DNA of 24,407 nt from Gemmatimonadaceae bacterium (lineage in GTDB: Bacteria; Gemmatimonadota; Gemmatimonadetes; Gemmatimonadales; Gemmatimonadaceae): the NCBI GenBank assembly GCA_044224875.1, contig JBGAJQ010000072.1, forward strand, positions 1 through 24,407, given 5' to 3'. Every line of letters starts with the position of its first letter. The first letter of the stretch is position 1. Positions 9,259-18,017 of this stretch are shown one piece after another. The position numbers were made by a program, and so were the translations under genes. The notes under the pieces were generated by a model. It was not told where the DNA came from and did no database searches. It saw only the letters and a list, made by a program, of their open reading frames with translations.

Positions 9259-10628
9259 GCGAACATTCGCTCCACCAGGTCTGCGACATGCCGGACGGGA
9301 ATCAGCTCCAACGGCGTACCGCGTGGCAGGCTCGCGCGTGATGATACGTAGGCGCCGGTGATTCCCAGCTGGGCCGCCTCGCTCAGCCTCCGGTCGAGTT
9401 GCCCGACGGGGCGCACCTCGCCGCCCAATCCGAGCTCGCCGACAAACACCGATTGTTGCCGCAGGGCGCGGTCGTAGACGCTCGAGGTGAGGGCCGCAGC
9501 GATGGCCAGGTCGCTTGCGGTTTCCTGCAGGCGCAATCCACCGACCACGTTCAGGAACACGTCCAGCTGCGAAAAGGGGACGCCGGCGCGCTTTTCGAGC
9601 ACCGCCAGTAGCAACGCGAAGCGTCGAGGATCCAGACCATTGGACACTCGTTGCGGCGTGCCATACCCGGCCTTTGTTGCCAGTCCTTGCACCTCCACCA
9701 GCAGGGGTCGCGTCCCTTCCATCAGGGCTGCCGTCGCACTTCCCGAAGGATGCGCCTCATCCAGATTCATGAACAGCGCGGACGGATTGTCGACCGGCTC
9801 GAGCCCATTCGCCGTCATGCGAAACACACCGATTTCGTCGACGGATCCAAACCGATTCTTGGTCGCGCGCAGGACACGATGGTCCAGCGAGTTTTCCCCC
9901 TCGAAGTACAACACCGTATCCACGATGTGTTCGAGGGTCTTCGGCCCGGCAATCCCGCCACCCTTGGTCACATGACCGACCAGGAACACGGCGCTTCCCG
10001 TTTCCTTGGCCCAGCGCATGAGGCGGGAGGCGCACTCGCGCACCTGCCCCACGTTGCCTGGAGCGCCCTCTAGGTCTTCCGTGTACACGGTCTGGACGGA
10101 ATCGATGACGACCATGGCAGGGCGTCGCTCGCCGACGCTCTCGAGTATTCGGTCCAGCGACGTTTCGCCTAACAATGCGACGTCGTCGCAGCCTCCCTCC
10201 AGACGCTCTGCCCTCAAACGAATCTGGGCCGGTGACTCTTCGGCGGACACGTACACGACTGGCAGGCCGCGTTGCGCCAGTCGCGCCGACAGCTGCAATA
10301 CCAGTGTTGACTTCCCGATGCCGGGCTCGCCGCCAACCAGTACGAGGGACCCGGGGACGATGCCGCCGCCGAGGACATAGTCGAGTTCCCGTATGCCCGA
10401 CGGAATGCGCGCCGTTTCCTTGCCGGGAATGTCGCCGATCCGGCGCACGGTCGTCGTCGAACTGGCCGCGGACTCTCGCCGTGCGCGCGCCTGACGCGCG
10501 GGGTCCTTTCGCACGACTTCTTCCGCCATGGAATTCCAGGCGCCACACCGATCACATCGCCCGCCCCACCGCGGAGAGTCGGCGCCGCACTCGGTGCAGC
10601 GGTACACGGACTGCACCTTCGGGCTCAC
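9255..10628 (-). CDS. radA: DNA repair protein RadA/Sms
   Basis: N-terminal CxxC-CxxC zinc finger, Walker A GGEPGIGKST, KNRFG motif and Lon-like C-domain with GELGLGGEVR. Confidence 0.97.
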   Translation of the reverse strand: MSPKVQSVYRCTECGADSPRWGGRCDRCGAWNSMAEEVVRKDPARQARARRESAASSTTTVRRIGDIPGKETARIPSGIRELDYVLGGGIVPGSLVLVGGEPGIGKSTLVLQLSARLAQRGLPVVYVSAEESPAQIRLRAERLEGGCDDVALLGETSLDRILESVGERRPAMVVIDSVQTVYTEDLEGAPGNVGQVRECASRLMRWAKETGSAVFLVGHVTKGGGIAGPKTLEHIVDTVLYFEGENSLDHRVLRATKNRFGSVDEIGVFRMTANGLEPVDNPSALFMNLDEAHPSGSATAALMEGTRPLLVEVQGLATKAGYGTPQRVSNGLDPRRFALLLAVLEKRAGVPFSQLDVFLNVVGGLRLQETASDLAIAAALTSSVYDRALRQQSVFVGELGLGGEVRPVGQLDRRLSEAAQLGITGAYVSSRASLPRGTPLELIPVRHVADLVERMFA

Positions 10629-12055
10629 GAGGGCTGGCGGGGCGTGTGGTTATCGAATCGGGTGTATTGCTTGTGGAAGTAGAGCCGCACGGTGTCCGTG
10701 GGACCATTGCGCTGCTTGCCAATGATGACTTCCGCCAGCCCTTCCAGCGGCGTGCCATCCTGCAACCGACGCGGCTCTCCGCGCTCATCGGCAGCACCCT
10801 CGTAGTACTCGGGCCGGTACAAGAACATGACCACGTCCGCGTCCTGCTCAATCGCGCCAGACTCTCGCAGGTCCGACAGTTGCGGCCGGCGGTTCTCTCC
10901 TGAGCGCTGCTCAGGCGCCCGCGACAGCTGCGACAACGCCACCACGGGAATCTGCAGCTCCCTGGCCAGGATCTTGAACGAACGGGAGATGTAGCTGATC
11001 TCCTGTTGTCGGTTCTCGGAGTCCGACGGACCCTGGACGAGTTGCAGGTAATCGATGATGACCATCCCCACCTGATTCTCGGCCTTCAACCGCCGCGCGC
11101 GGGAGCGAATGTCCAGGGCCGTGAGGCCTGGAGAGTCGTCGATCCAGATCGGCGCGGATCCCAGGATACCGGCAGATTTCGCGAGGCGTGCGAAGTCGTC
11201 GTTGTTCAGCCGTCCGTTACGCAGCTTCTGCGCATCGATGTAGCCCTCGGATGCCAGCATACGGGCCACCAACTGCTCCTTGGCCATTTCCAGTGAGAAA
11301 ATGGCGACCGGGATGTTCGCCTGAATCGCGGCGTTCTGCGCCACGTTCAACACGAAGGCCGTCTTTCCCATCGAGGGCCGCGCCGCGATGATGATCAACT
11401 CGGAGGGCTGGAAGCCTAACGTGAGCTTATCCAGTTCATTGAACCCGCTGGGAACCCCAGTGACGGAACCGCCACCCTTGGCCAGGTCTTCGATTTTCTC
11501 CATCGCCGGCCACAACAGCTCCTTGATCCGGCGAAACCCCTCGCGGGCGCGCTTCTGGCTGATCTGGAAGATCCGCTGCTCCGCGTGATCCAGCAGGTCG
11601 CCCGAGTTCTGCTTGCCCTCGTACGCTGAGGTGATGATCTCGGTCGACGTCTCGATCAATCGTCGAATGAGCGCCTTTTCGCGAACAATCTTCGCGTGAT
11701 ATTCGACATTCGCCGCGGTAGGCACGGCGTCCAGAAGCAGGGAGAGGTACTCCTTGCCGCCGGATCCCTCGAGGTCGCCGCGGGTGGAGAGCTCGTCCGC
11801 CAATGTAAGCGCGTCAACCACGCCGCCCTTCTCGTTCAGGGCAACGATCGCGCGAAAGATCCGCCGATGCGCTTCACGATAGAACATCGAGTCTTCCACA
11901 AACTCGGCCGCGCGCATGATCGCATCGCGATCCATGAGCATGGCCGCGAGCACCGCCTGCTCGGCGTCCTCCGACCAAGGTGGCCGGCGGTCGCGGAAGA
12001 CGTCGTTATTGGTCGGAGCTAGGGCGATCGAGGAGTCGTCTTGCAAGCTGGACAT
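10625..12055 (-). CDS. dnaB: Replicative DNA helicase DnaB
   Basis: PP.SEDAEQAVL, AARPSMGKT, FSLEM, IIDYLQL, LSQLSR, DLRESGAIEQDAD and KQRNGPT; no intein. Confidence 0.98.
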   Translation of the reverse strand: MSSLQDDSSIALAPTNNDVFRDRRPPWSEDAEQAVLAAMLMDRDAIMRAAEFVEDSMFYREAHRRIFRAIVALNEKGGVVDALTLADELSTRGDLEGSGGKEYLSLLLDAVPTAANVEYHAKIVREKALIRRLIETSTEIITSAYEGKQNSGDLLDHAEQRIFQISQKRAREGFRRIKELLWPAMEKIEDLAKGGGSVTGVPSGFNELDKLTLGFQPSELIIIAARPSMGKTAFVLNVAQNAAIQANIPVAIFSLEMAKEQLVARMLASEGYIDAQKLRNGRLNNDDFARLAKSAGILGSAPIWIDDSPGLTALDIRSRARRLKAENQVGMVIIDYLQLVQGPSDSENRQQEISYISRSFKILARELQIPVVALSQLSRAPEQRSGENRRPQLSDLRESGAIEQDADVVMFLYRPEYYEGAADERGEPRRLQDGTPLEGLAEVIIGKQRNGPTDTVRLYFHKQYTRFDNHTPRQPS

Positions 12056-13067
12056 CTTCCCAGGTCGGTCGTTTCCACGCAGGATTTCGAAGCAGGGCCG
12101 CGGGATGATACGTCACAACCAGTGGGACGCCATAGTAGCGATGGATTCTTCCACGCAGCTTGCCGATCGCCTCTTTGGTGTTCAGGAGCGTCTGAGCGGC
12201 AAACGTCCCGAACGCCACGATCACCTTCGGCTGAATCAGCTCAATCTGCCGAATAAGATAGGGACTGCACGCGTCGACTTCCGAGGGGAGTGGATTTCGG
12301 TTGCCTGGTGGTCGGTGCTTCAGCACGTTGCAGATATAGACGTCCTCACGCGCGAGCTGAATCGCCGCAAGGATCTTCGTGAGGAGTTGACCGGCGGCGC
12401 CCACGAAGGGTCGCCCGAGCTCATCTTCTGTCGCGCCAGGTGCTTCGCCAACACACATCAACCCCGCTGTCAGGCTCCCTTCGCCCGGCACCGGGTTCTT
12501 TGCTTCACGTGAAAGCGGGCAAAGAGTACACGCAGCCACCGCGCGCACGAGGTCGTCCACGCTATTCCACGGTGATGCGGATCCCGAAAACAGCTCGCGG
12601 CTGGCCGTCCCGACAGAGATCCCCGCGGGAAGGTTCGACAGTGGCGTTTGTGGCGGGCCACTCGCCGCGCGCGGCGCCTCTTCTGGCGGCGTGACGTCGA
12701 ACCCCAGACGCCCACCTCCGACGGTGGCCCCCTCAGCCGTTGCGTCACGCGCCGATGAGGATCGTTGCGACTGGACGTTCGGGGCAGCTACCGGTTTTTC
12801 CGCGGGGGGCGGACCAGCGTCCACCGCTCGTAGTGCCGCCCGCCAGTCTCCTGCGTCGCCGGCACTGGAGACCTCCGGAGCGATTGAGCTGGCGGCAGTC
12901 GGTGCCACCTTTTGAGCTGGCGGGCGAGGCGAACTCGCGCCAAGGCTCCCCTTCACGCCAATCATCCGCATGGCGTCTTCCACTGAGAGGCTATCCAGCA
13001 CCAACTCGGACTCCCCTGCTTCCCGTCGCTGCTCCAGGTACCTGCGCAGCGTCTCCTTAGCGTCCAC
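12006..13067 (-). CDS. Family 4 ([4Fe-4S]) uracil-DNA glycosylase with a long N-terminal extension
   Basis: CTLCPL, GEAPG..ED..GRPFVG, NVLKHRPPGNR and TYHPAALLR; first ~165 aa are a short helical domain plus an Ala/Pro/Ser-rich linker. Confidence 0.93.
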   Translation of the reverse strand: MDAKETLRRYLEQRREAGESELVLDSLSVEDAMRMIGVKGSLGASSPRPPAQKVAPTAASSIAPEVSSAGDAGDWRAALRAVDAGPPPAEKPVAAPNVQSQRSSSARDATAEGATVGGGRLGFDVTPPEEAPRAASGPPQTPLSNLPAGISVGTASRELFSGSASPWNSVDDLVRAVAACTLCPLSREAKNPVPGEGSLTAGLMCVGEAPGATEDELGRPFVGAAGQLLTKILAAIQLAREDVYICNVLKHRPPGNRNPLPSEVDACSPYLIRQIELIQPKVIVAFGTFAAQTLLNTKEAIGKLRGRIHRYYGVPLVVTYHPAALLRNPAWKRPTWEDVQLARRLLDRPSSDQ

Positions 13068-14310
13068 GGAGCATCTCCGCTACGCGATCGAGTATGGCGT
13101 CGGCCACTTCGTCCTTGGTCAACAGCGGAAACTCTTCGACTCCGCCGTCACGGCCGATTAACGTCACGCGATTCGTCTCCGACTCGAAGCCTGCCCCAGG
13201 TTCTGATGCGCTGTTCGCGACCACGATGTCGAGCGCCTTGCGCTCCAGCTTCTCCTTTGCATTCGACATCAGGTCGTGCGTTTCCAAGGCGAAACCTACG
13301 GCGACCGATCCCACGCGGCGCAATCCTTTTGTCTCCACCAGGATGTCTGGCGTACGCGACAGCGAGACCGAGTCCAGATCACTCCCCTTCTTGATCTTGG
13401 CTTCGGCAACCGTCGCCGGTCGAAAGTCCGCCGGCGCGGCAGCCATGATCAGCACATCGGCCGAGGGCAGATGCGTGGCTACTGCGTCCCGCATTTCCGC
13501 GGTGGTTTCCACTCGCACATCTTGCATGTCGGCTGGCACCTGCACACTGAGTGGGCCGTGTACCAGCGTCACCCGTGCGCCCCTTCGCCACGCGCTCGCG
13601 GCCAGCGCGACTCCCATTCTCCCGCTCGATCGATTGGAAAGAAAGCGCACCGGATCGAGGGCTTCGCGAGTTGGCCCAGCCGAGACCACGACTCGGCGCC
13701 CCGTCAGAGGAGAGGATGGTTCCAGCAAGCGCCCAACGTGCGCGAGAATTGTTTCTGGTTCGGGCATGCGGCCCGGGCCAGACCCCTCCCCCACCGCCAG
13801 ATCACCGGCGTCGGGATCGAGCACGTGGTAGCTCAATGCACGCAGATGCTGGACGTTCTGCACAGTCTGCGGGTGCGCCCACATGCGATCGTTCATGGCC
13901 GGCACGAGCAGCACCGGCGCCGGTGTGGCGAGCAAGATCGCCGAGAGCAAGTCGTCGGCACGACCTGCGGCAGCTCTTGCAAGAAAATCAGCGGTCGCCG
14001 GGGCAACGACCACCGCGTGCGCCGCGCGCGCCAAACGTATGTGGTCGAGCGCATGACCGGCTTCGATCAGCTGGGTGTGAACTGGGCGCCCGGTCAGTGC
14101 CTCGAAAGTGATGCTACCAACGAACTCCTGCGCCGACCGCGTCAGCACCACATCGACTTCTGCACCGCATTGCGTCAGCAGCCGGGCCAGCCACGCACTC
14201 TTGTAGCTGGCGATTCCCCCTGTTACACCAAGGAGAACCCGGCGACCAGCAAATGGACGAACCGGACTACTCCGCCCGGCGTCGGGGAACCACGCGATAC
14301 TCGAAGTCAC
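13057..14310 (-). CDS. coaBC: Bifunctional phosphopantothenoylcysteine decarboxylase / phosphopantothenate-cysteine ligase (start uncertain: 14310 or 14262)
   Basis: LGVTGGIASYK, APATAD, PAMNDRM, AGPTRE.LDPVRFLSNRSSGRMG, KIKK and VGFALET. Confidence 0.95.
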   Translation of the reverse strand: MTSSIAWFPDAGRSSPVRPFAGRRVLLGVTGGIASYKSAWLARLLTQCGAEVDVVLTRSAQEFVGSITFEALTGRPVHTQLIEAGHALDHIRLARAAHAVVVAPATADFLARAAAGRADDLLSAILLATPAPVLLVPAMNDRMWAHPQTVQNVQHLRALSYHVLDPDAGDLAVGEGSGPGRMPEPETILAHVGRLLEPSSPLTGRRVVVSAGPTREALDPVRFLSNRSSGRMGVALAASAWRRGARVTLVHGPLSVQVPADMQDVRVETTAEMRDAVATHLPSADVLIMAAAPADFRPATVAEAKIKKGSDLDSVSLSRTPDILVETKGLRRVGSVAVGFALETHDLMSNAKEKLERKALDIVVANSASEPGAGFESETNRVTLIGRDGGVEEFPLLTKDEVADAILDRVAEMLRGR

Positions 14311-14473
14311 CAGAGGACAAGTCCTCGAGTGATCGAGTGGTCAACTTCTTCTCCCTCGATGAGCGTTCGCGCGGGAACTCGTTCAGGACGCGTGCATACT
14401 TCGCGGACACCAGCACGCCAAGGTACTTGTTCGTGGCGCGGCTGGTCACTTCATCGGGCGTGAACACTCTCAT
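14267..14473 (-). CDS. rpoZ: RNA polymerase omega subunit
   Basis: 68 aa with NKYLGVLVSAKYAR and KLTT..LE pattern; located between gmk and coaBC (conserved order). Confidence 0.88.
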   Translation of the reverse strand: MRVFTPDEVTSRATNKYLGVLVSAKYARVLNEFPRERSSREKKLTTRSLEDLSSGDFEYRVVPRRRAE

Positions 14474-15123
14474 GTGTGACTCACCAATGGACTTGATGTA
14501 ATCTGACGATCCAGCTCGTCAATCAGTTCGCGTACTTGATCGTGCAAAAGGGGAAGCCGTCGGTGGCGGACGGTTTCGGCATCGACGATAGAAGTGACCT
14601 GGCGGAAGGTTCGCTCCAGCTCGTCGTTGACGATGACATAATGATAGTGACCCACCGCCCGTAATTCATCCCGAGCGGCCGTTAGGCGTCGCCTCAGGAC
14701 CTCCGCGGACTCGGTGTTGCGCCCGGTCAGGCGCTTGAGAAGGGTGTCCACGGAGGGGGGCAACAGGAAGACCAGAACAGACTCCGGGAACGCGGCGGTA
14801 AACTGCTCTGCCCCTTGGACATCGATGTCCATGACCACGTGTTGACCCAGGGCAAAGACTCGCTGGACTTCGGACCGGAGTGTTCCGTACAGGTTTCCAA
14901 ACACATCCGCCGACTCGGCAAACTCGCCCCGATCCCTGCGCGCAACAAACGCCTCCCGCGACAGGAAATGGTAGTCTCGACCGTCGACCTCTCCGGGACG
15001 CGGTGGTCGTGTGGTGCACGAGATGCTGTAGCCCACGTCGCCCCGGCGCTCGAGCAGCATCCGGGCGATGGTGGTCTTTCCTCCACCAGACGGCGACGAC
15101 AGGATGATCGGAAATGGGTTCAT
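14470..15123 (-). CDS. gmk: Guanylate kinase
   Basis: SSPSGGGKTT, SCTTRPPRPGEVDGRDYHF, YGT, DIDVQG and FLLPPS. Confidence 0.97.
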   Translation of the reverse strand: MNPFPIILSSPSGGGKTTIARMLLERRGDVGYSISCTTRPPRPGEVDGRDYHFLSREAFVARRDRGEFAESADVFGNLYGTLRSEVQRVFALGQHVVMDIDVQGAEQFTAAFPESVLVFLLPPSVDTLLKRLTGRNTESAEVLRRRLTAARDELRAVGHYHYVIVNDELERTFRQVTSIVDAETVRHRRLPLLHDQVRELIDELDRQITSSPLVSHT

Positions 15124-15992
15124 TCCAGATTCTCAACCTGTTCGCGAATCCGCTCCAGTTCCTCTTTGACGGTCACGACGTCGCTGAGAATGGCACTGTC
15201 ATTCGCCTTGCTGCCCGTGGTATTCGCTTCGCGCAGCATCTCCTGCAGCAGGAATCCGAGACGTTTGCCAACGCCTTCATTGCCGCCTTTGCCGAGGGCT
15301 TCGCGGAAGGCCGAGATATGCGAGCGGAATCGCGCGAGCTCCTCTTGCACATCCAGTCGGTCGGCCATGACGGCGATCTCCATGGCAACGCGTTGCTCGT
15401 CGACTGGGATACCGTCCAGAAGCTGGCGAACGTTCTCGCGGAGCCGATTCCGATGCTCGACCAAGCGCTCGGGTGCCCTGGCCGCTATTCGAGCGAGGGC
15501 CGACTCGATCAGGGAGATGCGCTCGACCAGATACACTGAAAGCCGCGACCCTTCTTCTTCTCGCGCTTTCGTCAGCGCATCCACAGCACGGTCCACCAGC
15601 TCAACCAGCTGTACCGCGTCGGCCTCGCCGACTTCGCTGGACGTTGCGATCACGTCAGGCATCCGCATGACGGCTGCAACGTCAACGCTTCCTTCCAGGC
15701 CGTATTTGTCCCTTAGCTGACGCAGGGTGGCCGCCGCCGCCGCAAAGCGCTGTTCGTCGATCGCGAGCCCAGAATCCGTCTCTCGCTCCACACGCGCGGT
15801 GAGCGAAATGTGTCCCCGGACGATTCGTCGTCGCAGGGCCTCGCGCACCTCAGTCTCCCAGCGCGACAGCTCGGCTGGAAGGCGAATAGTGGAATTGAAG
15901 AAGCGGTGGTTGACTGAACGTAGTTCGACGCTGACGCGAGCCGCTCCGACCGTCCCGTCCACCGCTCCAAAGCCGGTCATGCTTCGGATCAT
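15120..15992 (-). CDS. yicC: YicC/YloC family endoribonuclease
   Basis: MIRSMTGFG, ELRSVNHRF, D..EEL.R..SH, GKRLGFLLQEMLREANTTGSK and IREQVENLE. Confidence 0.95.
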   Translation of the reverse strand: MIRSMTGFGAVDGTVGAARVSVELRSVNHRFFNSTIRLPAELSRWETEVREALRRRIVRGHISLTARVERETDSGLAIDEQRFAAAAATLRQLRDKYGLEGSVDVAAVMRMPDVIATSSEVGEADAVQLVELVDRAVDALTKAREEEGSRLSVYLVERISLIESALARIAARAPERLVEHRNRLRENVRQLLDGIPVDEQRVAMEIAVMADRLDVQEELARFRSHISAFREALGKGGNEGVGKRLGFLLQEMLREANTTGSKANDSAILSDVVTVKEELERIREQVENLE

Positions 15993-16004
15993 GGGCAGGC
16001 GTCT

Positions 16005-16033
16005 AACTTATTGTGCGACAACAACAACGTCAA
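16005..16033 (-). promoter_or_regulatory. Sigma70-type internal promoter for yicC-gmk-rpoZ
   Basis: Minus strand TTGACG (16033-16028), 17 nt, TAAGTT (16010-16005), 12 nt before the yicC ATG. Confidence 0.7.
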
Positions 16034-18000
16034 TTGAAGAAATACCAACGCACGCCGTAGAACTGTGTCTGTCTGGGCATCGGGAAGCCAGGCACCTGCT
16101 CATACTGCTCGGCAAGGTAGTTCCGGTATTGGTACGACAGCGTGGCTTGCAGCAAGCGAATTTCCAGCTGCCCGCCCAACGTGCGGTACTGAGAGGAGTG
16201 GACGGACACCGGTTTCTGGTCCTTGTCCAGCACGAAGAACAGCGCATCGCTGCGGTACTCGTGGAAGACAGCGAACAAGATGTTGAGGTGTCCACTGGGG
16301 AATCGACCTGGCCAGCTGGTGTTCAGGTACAACTCGGCTCGCGTCTGGTACTGCGGGCGAAACGCGCTGGCCCCGTCATAGCGAACGCCGAACACATCCA
16401 GTCCAACGTCCTTCCAGAACTTTCCGTTCAGCGACGCGAAGTAGCCGGTTGACTTGCCTTGCGCCGCACCGACGTACGACGTGTCAAAGACCACCGGCGC
16501 GATCAGGCTGGCCGTGTCCCGGGACATGATGCCACCCGCCACCCACAACCGCCCAAGGCGCAGTCCCGCCTCACCGCGAAAGGCCAGCGTGGTTGGCCGG
16601 GTCGAGTCGCCAGTTGCCGAATAGCGCGAAACGGCTCCGCCTAACGCCAGGAATGAAAACGGCATCACGCGACCCGCGACCTCCGTGCGCAGTATGCCAT
16701 CGTACGGCGAGCGCTCGGCGAATACGCTGGCCGCAACGCGTTGCCGGTCATAGGCGAGTCGAGCGGACTCTGACACCTTCTTTTCGCCAGCTATGTCTCG
16801 CAAGCGAGCCGTCACCGACAGCCGCAATGGGCCGGCGTTTGCACCAAACGCGGCCACGTACTGCGAGTGCGTCACGCTCGTGTCCGTCGAAGTCTTGATG
16901 GTGTCCGGATCTGTCTTGGATCCCCCAGGGCCTCCGCCCCCCGGACCGGGGATCGTGTCGAGGGTGACTTGTGGGGGGTCTCCGCGCTTGGTGAACACCT
17001 GCGACGAAGCCGTCGTCTGTCCCCAAAAGCGACTGCGGTCTGGGTCTCCGTACCCAATGCGTAGGTACGAGAGGTCGTACCGTGCGTCCAGCTTGTGGAG
17101 GTTCACGAATGGTTCGACGGCGAGCTGCTCCGCTCGGTCACGCGACAGCCGAGAGAACTGGCCGTCGACACTCCATTGCCGGCGGGCAAATCCAATTCGT
17201 CCAAAGAGGGAGAGTTGGTCGGCATCCCCGGCATTCCGCACGTCGCGCGTGCTCAGCTGCTGCGCCCCCAGCTGCAACGCCTGCCCGCGCCCGAAGCGTC
17301 GAGCGAAATAGCCGCGGTAGATGTTCGTCTCCAGGTCTCCGGTGCCGATATCGACACGCGTTTCCGGCGTGGTGCTTCGGGCTCGCCAGCTCCTGAGGTA
17401 AACTCGCGTTTCATTGGCTCCACGCTCGATCCGGGCGCCTTCCAAAGGCCACGAGTCGAGCGCCGAAAGGTCCATGACACCGCCAGTGCGAGGATCCAGG
17501 GCATCGACCTCTATCCCGTCGTAGAACACTCGCACGCGACCGAATTCACCCATCTGCGCCCCAACCGTTGGCGACCCAAGCCAGCCGGATCGAAATACCG
17601 TCACCCCTGGGACGCGGTCGAGTAACTCGCCGACGTGCGCCGCACCGGACGAAAAGAGCGTGCTCCTGTCGTAGTCTCGTGGGACCGCGACGTCGGCGAC
17701 TATGGGGCTCTCGGCGCGGGCCAGCGGCGCCTTGATTGAATCGGCGCGGGCCTTGGCGTCGGCAATGATCTTCAGGTCCTCGATCATCCGGCGGACCTTG
17801 GCGACAGAATCCGCCCGAATGGAATCGGCGACGGCCTTTACGGAATCCGCGACGTGGCGCGCCTTGGCGATGGAATCGGCGCGTGCCGAGTCCGCCGCCG
17901 TCTTGAGCGAGTCCCGCCTAACGCGGGTGGTATCCTGCGCATGGAGCGGAAGGTGCAAAACGGCCCCGACCAAGAGGCCGAGGCCAACGCGACGAGCCAT
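16030..18000 (-). CDS. Outer-membrane beta-barrel protein with a TonB-dependent-receptor plug-like domain
   Basis: Signal peptide (LHA|Q); plug-like segment GELLDRVPGV...RVRVFYDGIEVD...IERG; amphipathic beta strands; aromatic C-terminal beta-signal YGVRWYFFN. Confidence 0.75.
   Translation of the reverse strand: MARRVGLGLLVGAVLHLPLHAQDTTRVRRDSLKTAADSARADSIAKARHVADSVKAVADSIRADSVAKVRRMIEDLKIIADAKARADSIKAPLARAESPIVADVAVPRDYDRSTLFSSGAAHVGELLDRVPGVTVFRSGWLGSPTVGAQMGEFGRVRVFYDGIEVDALDPRTGGVMDLSALDSWPLEGARIERGANETRVYLRSWRARSTTPETRVDIGTGDLETNIYRGYFARRFGRGQALQLGAQQLSTRDVRNAGDADQLSLFGRIGFARRQWSVDGQFSRLSRDRAEQLAVEPFVNLHKLDARYDLSYLRIGYGDPDRSRFWGQTTASSQVFTKRGDPPQVTLDTIPGPGGGGPGGSKTDPDTIKTSTDTSVTHSQYVAAFGANAGPLRLSVTARLRDIAGEKKVSESARLAYDRQRVAASVFAERSPYDGILRTEVAGRVMPFSFLALGGAVSRYSATGDSTRPTTLAFRGEAGLRLGRLWVAGGIMSRDTASLIAPVVFDTSYVGAAQGKSTGYFASLNGKFWKDVGLDVFGVRYDGASAFRPQYQTRAELYLNTSWPGRFPSGHLNILFAVFHEYRSDALFFVLDKDQKPVSVHSSQYRTLGGQLEIRLLQATLSYQYRNYLAEQYEQVPGFPMPRQTQFYGVRWYFFN
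17734..17913 (-). repeat. Degenerate 22-aa (66-nt) tandem repeat, about 2.7 copies, in the N-terminus of the outer-membrane protein
   Basis: DSLKTAADSARADSIAKARHVA / DSVKAVADSIRADSVAKVRRMI / EDLKIIADAKARADSI; the first two units are 13/22 identical. Confidence 0.7.
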
Positions 18001-18017
18001 GCCGCCCAGGTGACGAA

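Noticed and set aside
10625..12055. Possible intein in DnaB
   Set aside because: Length (476 aa) and motifs are continuous; only a short loop insertion near the C-terminus.
13094..15720. Long plus-strand ORFs (245, 395 and 301 aa) and similar ones throughout the window
   Set aside because: They lie antisense to well-supported genes; long shadow ORFs are expected at this GC content and codon bias.
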